A stretch of DNA of 61,647 bases, filler included, from 8 parts of 8 records of this genome joined end to end with filler, not necessarily neighbours in it, one strand, 5' to 3'; numbered from the whole stretch's first letter, positions 30,515 through 41,501 are shown. Translations and numbers: made by a program. Notes: a model not told the origin generated them from the sequence alone.

Positions 30515-32319
30515 GTGCCTATGGTGATGCGCTGTTTCGTCTTGGTCAGTTTGCCGGTGCGCAGCACTGCTTGCGACAGGTCTTGGCCCTTGATCCCGAT
30601 GATGAAAGTGCCCGCCGGACTTTGGCGATGCTGAACCTTCGTGTCGGGCAGGGGACTGAAGCAATCGGTGCCCTTGAACCGCTTATGGTTAAGCACCCGA
30701 AAGATCCGCAATTGCTGTTGATGATGGGGGAGGCGCTTAGCCTTGTTGGTCGTCATGGTGAGGCGGTTGAACGATTTGGGGCGGCCATCGGTGTGGGTGG
30801 TGGCGATGACGCGGTTTTTCGTCTGGCGGTCGAACTTGCCGAAGAGGGCGATACAGAATCCGCACAATCGGTTTTGCAAAACGGCATTGATCGTAAAATT
30901 GTTGCGGGTCAAAACACCACATTATTTCGCACAGCACGTCGTTTGCTGTTTGCGCCGGTACCAAGCAACCTTGCGGCCCAGAATGATGAAGTCGTTCGGG
31001 ATCTTTTGGACGATACGCTTGATGAAGATGCGATTGAACCGGATCTGGAATTCGTTGGAACCGACCGGATTGATCCGGTCATTTTAACGCGTTTCCCGCC
31101 TGTCTGGCGTGCGGCCTTGCGCCCGGAAGGCGACAAGCAACTTCGCGCAGTGGGCCATTATTGGGAAAGGTTGGTTTCGGGCTATGACGTGCCGGAAGTC
31201 AGCCGATCCAAAGAACGCAAAGGTGGTAAAGTCCGTCTCGGGATTGTGTCGGCCAATATGCGTGATAATGGCATTGGTCGCTGGATTGTTGGTCTTGCGG
31301 ACGCCATTGACCGTGACCGGTTCGATGTCACCATCATTCGACCCCCAACAGGTGAAGACGATATTACGGCACGGATCGACGATCATGCTGATCTTGTTGT
31401 GCCCTTGCCCCTTGATCCCTTGCATTCTGCACGGGTAATTGCCGGGCTTGATCTTGATGTCTTGCATTATGTCGATCCGCAGTCAGATGCCTATACCATG
31501 ATGCTGGCAAGTTGGCGTTTGGCACCGCTTCAGATTTCGGGTGGGGGCATTGCCGCGACCAGTGGTCTGTCAAATATTGACTATCATTTGATTGCAGAAG
31601 ACTGGGAAACGGCAGGCGGAGAAAAGCGGTTTAGTGAAAAGCTGATCCGCTTACCGGGGCTTTTTGTCAATGCAAGCCCGCCTGAAAATGTCGACATGAC
31701 GCCAAGTGAACTTCAGCGCCGCTGGCGTCTGGCACAGGATCGCAACACGTATCTTTGCCCGCAGCCTTTGGATGTTCTCACAGCCGAATTTGATCCATTG
31801 ATCGCGGAAATTCTACGTCTTGATGAAACGGCGGAACTTTTGCTGATCGCGCCAGAACGCGATAGTTGGGATGCTGCGTGGGGACGCCGGTTTGCGGTCA
31901 ATTACGCCGATGTGGCAGGCCGGATGCGGTTTGTCACGGTGCGGAACCGATCAGACCTATTGTCGCTTCTATGTGCGGTGGATGTCGTTCTTGAAAGTCC
32001 GGCCTGGAATGACGCGATGTTGGCGTTTGATTGCCTTGGGCTTGGTGTGCCACTTGTGACATTACCGGGAAGTGCAGCACGTTCGCGGCGCAGTCATACG
32101 TGCTACCGTCAGATTTCGGTGTTTGATTGTGTGGCCTATCATTCAGCAGATTTCGTTGATACGGCGTTGACGCTGGCGACCGATAAACGCCGCCGATCTG
32201 TGGTGTCGCATGCGATCAAAAGCCGATCACACATCCTGTTTGGCCAAAAATCATCCTTTGATGCCTATATGCAGTTCCTTGATCAATGTGTTGCTGTTCC
32301 AGCAGACAAAGTGATCTGA
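30515..32319 (+). CDS. TPR + O-GlcNAc transferase/SPINDLY (GT41)-like protein, degenerate (5' truncated)
   Basis: TPR repeats, RLGIVS, LDLDVL, RLAPLQ, TSGLSNIDY, FSEKLIRLP and GVPLVTLPG; frame open back to the spacer. Confidence 0.8.
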
Positions 32320-32337
32320 TTTCCCCAAGATTTCCAT

Positions 32338-32390
32338 AAAAAAAGCCAACCCGTGTATGGGCAGTTTGCCGCTGCAATTGGTTGGCTTTT
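32338..32390. terminator. Terminator between convergent genes
   Basis: AAAAGCCAAC...GTTGGCTTTT inverted repeat. Confidence 0.55.
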
Positions 32391-32413
32391 ATGTTGGGGA
32401 TTTTGAGACGGAA

Positions 32414-32917
32414 TTAGCTGAGCGCGTCAATATCGGCTTCTGACAAGGCGGCGGGCACAATCGTCAGCGGCAGGCGAAGTTGCCCGACCGTGTCGCTTTT
32501 GGTCAGGGCTGTGATCAGCGGGCCGGGACCATCTGACGTGGTGCCTGCGGCAAGAACAAGAATGGAAATCTGTTCTTCTTCGTCAAGTAGCGTCAGCAAT
32601 TCATCCTTTAAGCGGCCTTCGCGGATGAACAAAAGCGGCATGGAGCCGGTTTGTTCATGGACATAGGCGGCGAGTTCATTGACGCGGGCCTCTGCTTCGT
32701 CGCGGGCCTCTTCTTTCATAAGGTCACCAACCGCCATCCAGTGTTGGAATTCAGCAGGTTCAATAACACTGAGCAGGGCGACGCGTCCGCCAGTATGCTG
32801 TGCCCGGCGGCAGGCATAGCGAAGTGCCTTGGTCATTTCGTCGCTGTTATCGACAACAACAAGAAATGTCCGGTTGGACGTGGCGCGGAGTTCCTGATCG
32901 GCATCGTATGACGTCAT
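32414..32917 (-). CDS. Universal stress protein
   Basis: FLVVVDNS, ALRYACRRA, ILVLAA and GPGPL motifs. Confidence 0.9.
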   Translation of the reverse strand: MTSYDADQELRATSNRTFLVVVDNSDEMTKALRYACRRAQHTGGRVALLSVIEPAEFQHWMAVGDLMKEEARDEAEARVNELAAYVHEQTGSMPLLFIREGRLKDELLTLLDEEEQISILVLAAGTTSDGPGPLITALTKSDTVGQLRLPLTIVPAALSEADIDALS

Positions 32918-33170
32918 ATGGCTTCTCAAAATGGTTTCCTGATCCGGTCCATATGGACGTGTATATGGGGCGCGTCCACATGCCGGATCAGCAAAGTGTG
33001 CCGTAAATTGTGGTTTGTTTCCAAGTTGTTTTTATGAACATCGATAAAGATTTATTATTTGCGATTGCAGCAAAAAATGCCGCATGTGCGAATGCGTAAA
33101 GCGCATCAGACTGATTTGAATGGGATGTGGGGCGGACTTGATCTGCCGGCGGCACGCCAAAGGATGTCGA

Positions 33171-33935
33171 TTATCTTTTGCGGAAGGCAACACTTGCGAT
33201 CCAGCCCGCGATGATCGCGATGATGACGGCGATAATGCCATACAAGGCCGAATAACGGTGGGCGAAGTCATATACTGCGGCACTGACACCTGTTTTGGAA
33301 ACCACAAGCGGCGTGGTTTTAACGCTGGCAATGCGGCCATCCCGAATCAGATAGACATTGATCGTGTATGTGCCTGTCGGGGTGTTGGCCGGAAAATGAA
33401 TATCAGTCCGGAACAGCTGATTTGACAGAAAACTGATTTTGGCCGGACGACGATTGAACAAGCCGGCATTTTGCATGTTGCGGACCAGTGCCTCGCGATA
33501 AACCTTCTGGTCTATTTCGGTGGTTCCGCTTTCCGCAATGAAACGCTGATGTTCCAAACCGATGCGATAGTCTTTCAGGACATTTTCTGGTGCAATAATC
33601 TCGATCGGGCGGTTTGACGCGCTGGCATAATAGGCCGGTACGTTTTTGTAACGCGCACTGTCGCTGTTGATCCAGATGCCGACTTTGCGTTCTTTCTGAC
33701 GGACGATCATGTCCTGATCGGGGCCGCGCACCGTGACAATGACATCGCCTTCATTTTGAACCGCGCCAAACAGCAATACATCGGTTCCGGTAAAGCCGGT
33801 TGTGATCGCCACAAGGTGATTGGATAAATCAACGACAAGCGGGTCGGCCGATGCAGATTTTGCTGTGTGGCCAATGGCATAGAAAACGAAGGCGGTCAAA
33901 CAAACGATCATTGATTTATGCAAGGAAGCTGCCAT
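33171..33935 (-). CDS. TIGR02186-family putative membrane protein
   Basis: DLS..VAITTGFTGTDVLLFGA and GIWIN motifs; C-terminal TM; coupled to TauE. Confidence 0.88.
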   Translation of the reverse strand: MAASLHKSMIVCLTAFVFYAIGHTAKSASADPLVVDLSNHLVAITTGFTGTDVLLFGAVQNEGDVIVTVRGPDQDMIVRQKERKVGIWINSDSARYKNVPAYYASASNRPIEIIAPENVLKDYRIGLEHQRFIAESGTTEIDQKVYREALVRNMQNAGLFNRRPAKISFLSNQLFRTDIHFPANTPTGTYTINVYLIRDGRIASVKTTPLVVSKTGVSAAVYDFAHRYSALYGIIAVIIAIIAGWIASVAFRKR

Positions 33936-34858
33936 TACAGGTTCCCCGGCATGATCGAATAAAGTTCACTTGGTTCAATCACCAAATCAAACAGAAGCTT
34001 CAGACAAACCGACAGAACCAGCAGCCCAAGAAGGGCACGTAAATGTTCGGCTTTTAGCCGTGCGCCAAACTGTGCGCCAAACTGTGCGCCAATGACCCCA
34101 CCGATCAAAAGCAGGATCGCTAGGGCAACATCAACGGTTTGGGTTTGGACCGACTGCAGAAAGGTAACGTTCGCCGTCACGAAAATAATCTGGAAAAGGG
34201 ATGTGCCAATCACAACCCCGGTAGGCATGCCGAGCAGATAAATCATTGCTGGCACCATGACGAACCCGCCACCAACTCCCATCAACGCGGTCAGCATGCC
34301 AACAAAGAACCCGATGGCAAGCGGGAGCAGGGCACTGATATAAAGGCCGGAACGGTAAAACCGCATTTTGAACGGCAGGCCGTGGATGAAGCTGTGCTGG
34401 TGTTTTTTGCTGCGTCGGAACGCACTACCTTTGCGGCGTGTTTTGAAAATCGCATGGGTCGCTTCGACAAGCATCATGCCGCCAATAATGCCAAGGAAAA
34501 TGACGTAGCACAGCGAAATGACAAGATCGATTTGCCCCAAAGACCGCAGCCAGGCAAAGACCCAAACACCAACCGTTGAGCCGACAATGCCGCCAGCCAG
34601 CAACACAAGGCCCATTTTCAAATCGACATTTCCGCGTCGCCAATGGGCGAATACGCCAGATACGGATGATGCGACAATCTGATTTGCGGCAGTTGCAACA
34701 GATACTGCTGGTGGGATACCGTAAAAGATCAAAAGCGGGGTGATCAAAAAGCCCCCGCCAACGCCAAACAGGCCAGACAAAAAGCCTACCCCGCCGCCCA
34801 GTCCCAGAATAAGGAATATATTTACCGATATTTCGGCAATCGGGAGATAGATTTGCAT
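33935..34858 (-). CDS. TauE/SafE (TSUP) family exporter
   Basis: MQIYLPIAE start and two GVGGGF motifs. Confidence 0.93.
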   Translation of the reverse strand: MQIYLPIAEISVNIFLILGLGGGVGFLSGLFGVGGGFLITPLLIFYGIPPAVSVATAANQIVASSVSGVFAHWRRGNVDLKMGLVLLAGGIVGSTVGVWVFAWLRSLGQIDLVISLCYVIFLGIIGGMMLVEATHAIFKTRRKGSAFRRSKKHQHSFIHGLPFKMRFYRSGLYISALLPLAIGFFVGMLTALMGVGGGFVMVPAMIYLLGMPTGVVIGTSLFQIIFVTANVTFLQSVQTQTVDVALAILLLIGGVIGAQFGAQFGARLKAEHLRALLGLLVLSVCLKLLFDLVIEPSELYSIMPGNL

Positions 34859-35026
34859 CTTGGGGAGGCTAACAGCGTTTGATTGATTGTTATTATTCAG
34901 TCTAACATATTGTGCAAATGCAACAANNNNNNNNNNNNNNNNNNNNNNNNNNNNNNNNNNNNNNNNNNNNTTAATTAATTAANNNNNNNNNNNNNNNNNN
35001 NNNNNNNNNNNNNNNNNNNNNNNNNN

Positions 35027-35483
35027 GGTGGCGCATTCGCTGGCCGATACGCTGATTACGCCCTTGAATGACAGTTTTGTCGATTTCGACCTGTTGGCCC
35101 GGATCGAGGGCGACGGCGAAAAGATCCTTGGCCCGTCGGTTTATGCGGAAATGGTCTGGTCGGCGCGCCAGTTGCGCGCTCAGGCCGGTCTGTCGCCGAT
35201 GGACTGGATTGTTCTGCGCAACCGGGTCGGGGCGCAACAGATGATCAACAAGGCCAAGATGGAAAAGGCGGTTGCCACTCTGGCCAAGCGGATCGGCTTT
35301 CGCGTCGGCCCGGGATTTTCCGAACGTGTGGTTTTCCGTGAGTTGTTTCCGCGCGGGCTGACCCTGTTGGACCTGCGCGACATCGGTGTCCGTAGCCTGA
35401 GTCTGTCGAACATCGCAGCGCGGCAAGAGGTGCGCGACCTGATCAAATCGCTGAAACTCCCCGGTGTTGAGGTCAATTTCTGA
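35027..35483 (+). CDS. mipZ: Division plane positioning ATPase MipZ, 3' fragment
   Basis: TPLNDSFVDFDLL, DWIVLRNR and GFSERVVFRELFPRGLTL motifs. Confidence 0.93.
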
Positions 35484-35553
35484 CAGGACCGATAGAAAAG
35501 GGCGCGGGCCCAAAGGTCCGACCCTAGAAGCGGCCGGACAATCGGTGAGGTGT

Positions 35554-36765
35554 TTATTCCGCCGGAATGGCGGTTTCGGGGGTGTGGCCAAAGTGCTGGC
35601 GGTTCAAGCGTAGCACCAGCACGATGGCGACAACCTGTGAGGTGATGGCAAGCCCGGTCAGCTCCCAATAGGCTAGGTCGAATTTCGCAATCACATCTGC
35701 GGCGACCAGCCCCTTGTTGATGAAGAATTGCAGCATCACGGACAGCGCCACAAAGGGACAGACCAGCGCGTAGGATCCGGGCGACGTTCTGGTGCCCACC
35801 ACGAAGTCCTTGAAATAGCCCTGCGCCCTTAGAACGACCGCGCCCAGTCCCAGAAATGCAAGCTGGATGGCGATCAGGCGGGCCAGAAAGACCATGGTCT
35901 CACCGGCATTGGCGTGCGAGTCGTAGGTGGCGTGCAGCCCATGGTCCTGCCGCAGGAACATAATCCCCAGCACGGTGGCGATGGGCACGATTATCATCAG
36001 GGTCGGGCCTGCCTCGCGCGCGGTGCCGTGTTGCAGCATCGAGGCGAAGGCGGTGATCGCCGCGACAACTGTGTAGACGATGGCGATGGTGCCCAGAACG
36101 GTCGACATCACCATGGCGACACCCACGGTGGTGGGATTTGTGCTCATCGCGACCGGGGCGGAAAAACCGACGGCCACCATCGACACGGCAAAGGCCGGGG
36201 TGAGTTGCGCGAAGGAGTTATGGGCGGTCACGTCGAACAGCCCGCCCTTCGCCAGCACGCGGCCCAGAAAGACACCGATCAAACGGAAGGCCATGACAGC
36301 GATCAGCGCAAAGGCCACCATTGCCAGCGGAAACAGGTATTCGACCACGCTCCAGAGTTGGGGCACAAAGACCATCCCGAGGATGAAGCCGACGTTCACC
36401 GTCATGGCCAGCGCCAGCGGCATCGCCAGCAGGGTGGATTCCGCATTGGAGGTCCGCAGGGCGGCGTAGGCCGGGGTCTTGCGGAAGGCGCTGAAGGACT
36501 GGAGGTTCCAGATCAGGGACTTGATGTTGAGAAAGGCAAAGATGGCGATCCCGGCCATGGCAACCGCGATGGCGACCTGTATGGGCACTTCGCCATTGAC
36601 CCAGGCGGCCGCGATATCCTTGAACACCGGGACCGGCTGTGTCGGGTGCGGCACCCAAAACATCAGAAACATGAAGAAGGTGACGACGATGCCGCCCGCC
36701 CCAAGGGAGCCAAGGAAATAGAGCGGCGAATAGGTGTCTGCGGGGCGATGTGCTGGTTGGACCAT
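35554..36765 (-). CDS. TsoY-family (seleno)protein, Cys form; polytopic membrane protein
   Basis: YSPLYFLGSLGAGG, PLALAMTVN and GSYALVCP (TGT codon); GGAGG RBS before ATG 36765. Confidence 0.78.
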   Translation of the reverse strand: MVQPAHRPADTYSPLYFLGSLGAGGIVVTFFMFLMFWVPHPTQPVPVFKDIAAAWVNGEVPIQVAIAVAMAGIAIFAFLNIKSLIWNLQSFSAFRKTPAYAALRTSNAESTLLAMPLALAMTVNVGFILGMVFVPQLWSVVEYLFPLAMVAFALIAVMAFRLIGVFLGRVLAKGGLFDVTAHNSFAQLTPAFAVSMVAVGFSAPVAMSTNPTTVGVAMVMSTVLGTIAIVYTVVAAITAFASMLQHGTAREAGPTLMIIVPIATVLGIMFLRQDHGLHATYDSHANAGETMVFLARLIAIQLAFLGLGAVVLRAQGYFKDFVVGTRTSPGSYALVCPFVALSVMLQFFINKGLVAADVIAKFDLAYWELTGLAITSQVVAIVLVLRLNRQHFGHTPETAIPAE

Positions 36766-36790
36766 AATGGCCTCCTGTGACGTATAAAGA

Positions 36791-36831
36791 ATTCCAATTG
36801 CGGAATGTAATATGAATTCAAGAAATAGAAT
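36791..36831. promoter_or_regulatory. Tandem ATTC-N8-GAAT boxes (SqrR/BigR-like operator)
   Basis: ATTCcaattgcgGAAT (36791-36806) and ATTCaagaaataGAAT (36816-36831). Confidence 0.6.
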
Positions 36832-36909
36832 GTAAAGGGAAATTTGTAATACATTGGTCGGTCGGGACAATCTTAACTCTTAGGTAACCAGTTTGCGGAA
36901 GGATCAGTC

Positions 36910-37314
36910 ATGCGTTGGTTATCATGTGTTCTCCTCCTGCTTGGCCTCGCCGCATGTGATGCGGCGAGGCCGGGTTTCTACGGGGCAGAAACACAAGTAC
37001 AGGAGGTTGAGGGGTCGCGTTTTACCTTGCGGTTTCAGGGCAACCTGGTCGAGGCAACGCGCACATCTCCTGAATGGTTGCCCCGGTTTGAGGATGTCGC
37101 CCGCAAGGCCGGGATCGCCGCGCAGATCCAAAGCGGATGCCGCGCCGACTGGGTCGAAGGCGACCCTGCCATGATGTGGATCGGCCTGTCTTGCGACGGA
37201 CGGCCCGCGCCTAAAAGGCCGCGACGGTCCAAAACGATCTACTGCGATTTTGACGGTCTCTCCCAGCGGGCAGGCACCCATGCCGGGGCTCTCACCTGCC
37301 GCAAAGGACGTTAG
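36910..37314 (+). CDS. Hypothetical lipoprotein
   Basis: Lipobox LAAC; GDPA motif. Confidence 0.75.
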   Translation: MRWLSCVLLLLGLAACDAARPGFYGAETQVQEVEGSRFTLRFQGNLVEATRTSPEWLPRFEDVARKAGIAAQIQSGCRADWVEGDPAMMWIGLSCDGRPAPKRPRRSKTIYCDFDGLSQRAGTHAGALTCRKGR

Positions 37315-37430
37315 TGACCCAATATCTTGTGGAGAAGTGGCAAAGGTCCGCCATATGAGCCACCGAATTCTTGACTCTCGACGCCTCGACAGAGCACGCT
37401 GAGGGTTCATCACGGAATCGGACCGGCACC

Positions 37431-40400
37431 TTGCGCTTTTCCAAAATAAGACTGACAGGCTTCAAGAGCTTTGTGGATCCGACGGATCTGATCATCAACC
37501 CCGGGCTGACCGGAGTGGTGGGGCCGAACGGCTGCGGAAAGTCCAACCTGCTGGAGGCGCTGCGCTGGGTCATGGGCGAAACCCGTGCCAAAGCGATGCG
37601 CGGCGGCGGGATGGAGGACGTGATTTTTGCCGGGGCGGCCTCGCGCCCGGCACGCAACTTTGCCGAGGTCAGCCTGCACATTGACAACGCAGACAGGCTG
37701 GCGCCCGCCGGCTTCAACGACAGCGATCATCTCGAAATCGTGCGCCGGATCACGCGGGACGTGGGGTCTGCCTACAAGGTCAACGCCAAGGATACGCGCG
37801 CACGCGACATTCAGATGCTGTTTGCCGATGCCGCCACCGGCGCGCATTCCCCCGCGCTGGTGCGGCAGGGGCAGATTTCGGAACTGATCAACGCCAAGCC
37901 CAAGAACCGCCGCAAGATCCTTGAGGATGCCGCCGGGATCGGTGGGCTGTATCAGCGCCGCCATGAGGCTGAGCTAAAACTGAAAAGCACCGAAACCAAC
38001 CTGCTGCGCGTCGATGATGTGGTCGAGCAACTGGCGGGGCAACTGTCACAACTGGCCAAACAGGCGCGGCAGGCGGCGCGGTATCGCGCCATCGGCACGG
38101 AACTGCGACAGGCCGAAGGGATGCTGCTGTACCGGCGCTGGCGCGAGGCGGATGAGGCGCGCGCCGTCGCAGATGCCGCGCTACGCGAGGCGGTGACAAA
38201 GGCCGCACAGGCCGAAACGGCGGCACGGACCGCGGAAAAGACGCGCAGCACTTTTGAAGACGCTTTGCCACCGCTGCGCGAGGAAGAAGCCATCGCCGCC
38301 GCTGTCCTCCAAAGGCTGATCGTCCAGCGCGACACCCTGGCCGGGCAGGAAAAGCAGGCGTTCGCCCGGATCGAGACCTTGCAGAACCGCATCGCCCAGT
38401 TGGTCCGCGACATGGACCGCGAGGCCGGGTTGAACCGCGACGCCGGTGAGACGATCGAACGGCTGGAATGGGAAGCGCGCGAGCTGCAAAAAGCCTCTGA
38501 AGGGCATGATGAGCGGCTGGCCGAAGCGCATGAAGCCGCGCGAGAGGCATCCAGCGTCTTGCAAGCGCGCGAAGCGGACCTTGAACAACAGACCGAAGAT
38601 GTGGCCCGGCTGGCCGCGCGGCACCAGTCGGCGCAGCGCTTTCTTGCGGATTGTCGCAAGACGCTGGACCGGAATGAGGCCGACGCGGTGCGCGCCCGCG
38701 CCATGGTGGAGACCGCGCGCGAGGCTCAGGCACTGTCGCGCGAATCGGCAGAACTGGCGCAGGACCGGCTGGAAGAGGCCCACGCGGCGGCCGAAGAGGC
38801 CGAGGATGCCCTGACAGAGGCCGAAACCGCCCGCACCGAAACGCAATCGCGTGAGGCCGAAGCCCGTGGTGAGCGGTCCGAAGCAGAGGGCCAGATGAAC
38901 GCCCTGCGCGCCGAGGTGACGGCGCTGGCCCGGCTGCTGGACCGCGATACCGCCGAGGGCGGGCAGATCCTTGACCGGCTTCAGGTGGAGCAGGGGTACG
39001 AAAAGGCACTGGGGGCCGCGCTCGCCGACGATCTGCGCGCGCCCGAGGTCGAGGGCGACGGGCCGACCGGCTGGGTTGTACTGGCGGCCTACGATGACAC
39101 GCAGCCCTTGCCCGAGGGTGCCAGCCCGTTGGCGGGACATGTCTCTGTCCCCGACGTGTTGGCGCGCCGCCTCAGCCAGATCGGTCTTGTAGACGCCGAA
39201 GATGGGCCGCGCCTGCAAGCCTTACTGAAACCCGGTCAACGGTTGGTCACGCTGGAGGGGGATCTTTGGCGCTGGGACGGGTTCCGGGCCTGGGCCGAGG
39301 ATCAACCCTCGACCGCCGCACTGCGTTTGGAGCAGTTGAACCGGCTGGAGGGGCTGAAACAGGAGATGGCAGCGGCTTCGGCCCGGCTCGACGGTACGCT
39401 GGCGGCACACGAGGCGCTGGTGGCGCAATTGCGCGATCTGACAGAGGCGGACAAGACTGCGCGCCTTGCCCGCCGTACGGCGGATCAGGCGGTGGCCGAT
39501 GCGGCCCGCGCGTTGAGCCGCGCAGAGGCAGAGCGCGACATGTCAGAGGGAAAGGTTGAAAGCGCTGCGCTGTCAGTCAAACGCTACGAAGATGAGGCCG
39601 GTGCCGCACGCGGCCAACTGGCAGAGGCGCAGCGCGCGGTCGACACGCTGGACGATCTCGAAGAGGCGCGGGCGCAGGCCGAAGACGTCAAGATGACGGT
39701 TGAGGCGGCGCGCATGACCATGATGGCCAAACGGTCGGCCCATGACGAACTGCGCCGCGACGGTGACGCGCGCAAGGGGCGGTCACAGCAGGTCACCAAG
39801 GATCTGTCCGGTTGGCGGCATCGGCTTGAGACCGCCGAGAAACGCGCGGCGGAACTGGCCGAACGCAAGGCCGACAGCGAAGCGGAACTGGCCGAGGCAC
39901 AGGACGTCCCCGGCGCGCTGGAGGATCAGCGCGGTGAGTTGACCGACGCGATGGAAACCGCTGAGGCGCGCAAGGCAGAGGCCAGCGATGCGCTGTCGAC
40001 CGCAGAGGGCGCCCTGCGTGAGGCCATCGCCACCGAGCGCGACGCTGAACGGCAAGCGGGCGATGCCCGTGAGGCCCGCGCCCGCGCCGAGGCCCGCGCC
40101 GAGGCGGCGCGCGAAACCGTGACAACGGCTGCAGCGCGGATTATGGACGAAATGGACCTGTCCCCGGCGGCCTTGCTGACCCAGTTGGATACTGACCCAG
40201 ACGAAATGCCAGCCTCTGACAAGGTCGAGGCCGAAGTGTCCCGTCTGAAACGCCAGCGGGATGCGCTGGGCGCTGTGAACCTGCGCGCCGAGGAAGATGC
40301 CAAAGAGGTTCAGGACGAGCACGACACGCTGGTGTCGGAGAAATCGGACCTGGAAGAGGCGGTCAAGACGCTGCGCTCTGGCATCGCCAGCCTGAACCGC

Positions 40401-40886
40401 GAGGGGCGAGAGCGGCTGTTGACGGCGTTCGAGCAGGTGAACAGCAATTTTTCGATGTTGTTTACCCATCTGTTTGGAGGCGGCGAGGCCAGCCTGATGA
40501 TGGTCGAAAGCGACGATCCTCTGGAGGCGGGACTGGAGATTATGTGCCAGCCGCCCGGCAAGAAGCTGTCGACTTTGTCGCTGATGTCGGGCGGTGAGCA
40601 GACGCTGACCTGTCTGGCGCTGATCTTTGCGGTGTTCATGGCCAACCCCGCGCCGATCTGCGTGCTGGATGAGGTGGACGCGCCTTTGGACGATGCCAAC
40701 GTCACACGTTTCTGCGATATGCTGGACGAGATGTGCCGCCGGACCGACACGCGGTTCCTGATCATCACGCACCACGCGGTGACGATGGCACGGATGGACC
40801 GCTTGTTTGGCGTGACGATGCAGGAGCAGGGGGTAAGCCAGTTGGTTTCGGTCGACCTCAAGCGCGCCGAGAGCCTGGTGGCCTGA
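37431..40886 (+). CDS. smc: Chromosome segregation protein SMC
   Basis: GFKSF, GPNGCGKSN, coiled coils with hinge, MSGGE and LDEVDAPLD; TTG start at 37431. Confidence 0.97.
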   Translation: MRFSKIRLTGFKSFVDPTDLIINPGLTGVVGPNGCGKSNLLEALRWVMGETRAKAMRGGGMEDVIFAGAASRPARNFAEVSLHIDNADRLAPAGFNDSDHLEIVRRITRDVGSAYKVNAKDTRARDIQMLFADAATGAHSPALVRQGQISELINAKPKNRRKILEDAAGIGGLYQRRHEAELKLKSTETNLLRVDDVVEQLAGQLSQLAKQARQAARYRAIGTELRQAEGMLLYRRWREADEARAVADAALREAVTKAAQAETAARTAEKTRSTFEDALPPLREEEAIAAAVLQRLIVQRDTLAGQEKQAFARIETLQNRIAQLVRDMDREAGLNRDAGETIERLEWEARELQKASEGHDERLAEAHEAAREASSVLQAREADLEQQTEDVARLAARHQSAQRFLADCRKTLDRNEADAVRARAMVETAREAQALSRESAELAQDRLEEAHAAAEEAEDALTEAETARTETQSREAEARGERSEAEGQMNALRAEVTALARLLDRDTAEGGQILDRLQVEQGYEKALGAALADDLRAPEVEGDGPTGWVVLAAYDDTQPLPEGASPLAGHVSVPDVLARRLSQIGLVDAEDGPRLQALLKPGQRLVTLEGDLWRWDGFRAWAEDQPSTAALRLEQLNRLEGLKQEMAAASARLDGTLAAHEALVAQLRDLTEADKTARLARRTADQAVADAARALSRAEAERDMSEGKVESAALSVKRYEDEAGAARGQLAEAQRAVDTLDDLEEARAQAEDVKMTVEAARMTMMAKRSAHDELRRDGDARKGRSQQVTKDLSGWRHRLETAEKRAAELAERKADSEAELAEAQDVPGALEDQRGELTDAMETAEARKAEASDALSTAEGALREAIATERDAERQAGDAREARARAEARAEAARETVTTAAARIMDEMDLSPAALLTQLDTDPDEMPASDKVEAEVSRLKRQRDALGAVNLRAEEDAKEVQDEHDTLVSEKSDLEEAVKTLRSGIASLNREGRERLLTAFEQVNSNFSMLFTHLFGGGEASLMMVESDDPLEAGLEIMCQPPGKKLSTLSLMSGGEQTLTCLALIFAVFMANPAPICVLDEVDAPLDDANVTRFCDMLDEMCRRTDTRFLIITHHAVTMARMDRLFGVTMQEQGVSQLVSVDLKRAESLVA

Positions 40887-40945
40887 GGGGGCGCTGCCCC
40901 CGTCTCCTTCGGTCGACCCCCCGGGATATTTTTGGACAAAAGAAG
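40887..40945. repeat. Short REP/MITE-like palindromic element of a kind seen in Rhodobacteraceae
   Basis: GGGGGCGCTGCCCCC...CCCCCGGGATATTTTTGGACAAAAGAAG; recognised by pattern, single copy in this window. Confidence 0.5.
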
Positions 40946-41132
40946 CGGGGCGGATGCTCAAGTCCAGAGACGTCTTGGTGTGGTTCGGCGAGATTTGTCT
41001 ATCGCGCGGGCGGAATGGGTTTTCCAGCTTGGGTTTTTGCGTCATGTAGGGAGGCGCCTTGAGATATCTGGCGCGTTTTGGGTGCGGTTCTTTGAATGCC
41101 CCAGTGGTTTCAATCCTGGCCCGAGTATTCTG

Positions 41133-41279
41133 ATGCGTCTCCTTCTTCTGATCGCGATGACCATGGTGGCCTTTGCCGCCAACTCCGTCTTGAACCGGGC
41201 CGCGCTGGCGGCGGGTGGGATTGATGCGGTGAGCTTTGGGACCATCCGTTTGTGGTCGGGTGCGGTGGTGTTGGTTTTG
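41133..41279 (+). CDS. DMT/EamA-family transporter, 5' fragment
   Basis: TMVAFAANSVLNRAAL...F.TIRL.SGA. Confidence 0.8.
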
Positions 41280-41379
41280 NNNNNNNNNNNNNNNNNNNNN
41301 NNNNNNNNNNNNNNNNNNNNNNNTTAATTAATTAANNNNNNNNNNNNNNNNNNNNNNNNNNNNNNNNNNNNNNNNNNNN

Positions 41380-41439
41380 GGATAGAGCGACAGATTCCTA
41401 ATCTGTAGGTCACAGGTTCGAATCCTGTCGGGGTCACCA
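41380..41439 (+). tRNA. tRNA-Arg(CCT), 5' end truncated by spacer
   Basis: GGATAGAGC D-arm end, ACAGA-TTCCTAA-TCTGT anticodon arm, GGTTCGAATCC and terminal CCA. Confidence 0.93.
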
Positions 41440-41501
41440 TCTTTTCCAGCCAGCAGAGCCCGCATTGACAGAAAGCCGGAACATCGTTCCGGCTGGTCTT
41501 G

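Noticed and set aside
35554-36765. Selenocysteine recoding in the TsoY-family gene
   Set aside because: The motif codon is TGT (Cys) and there is no in-frame TGA
41380-41500. tRNA-Arg as an integration site for an island or prophage
   Set aside because: No integrase nearby and no second copy of the tRNA 3' end noticed in this fragment
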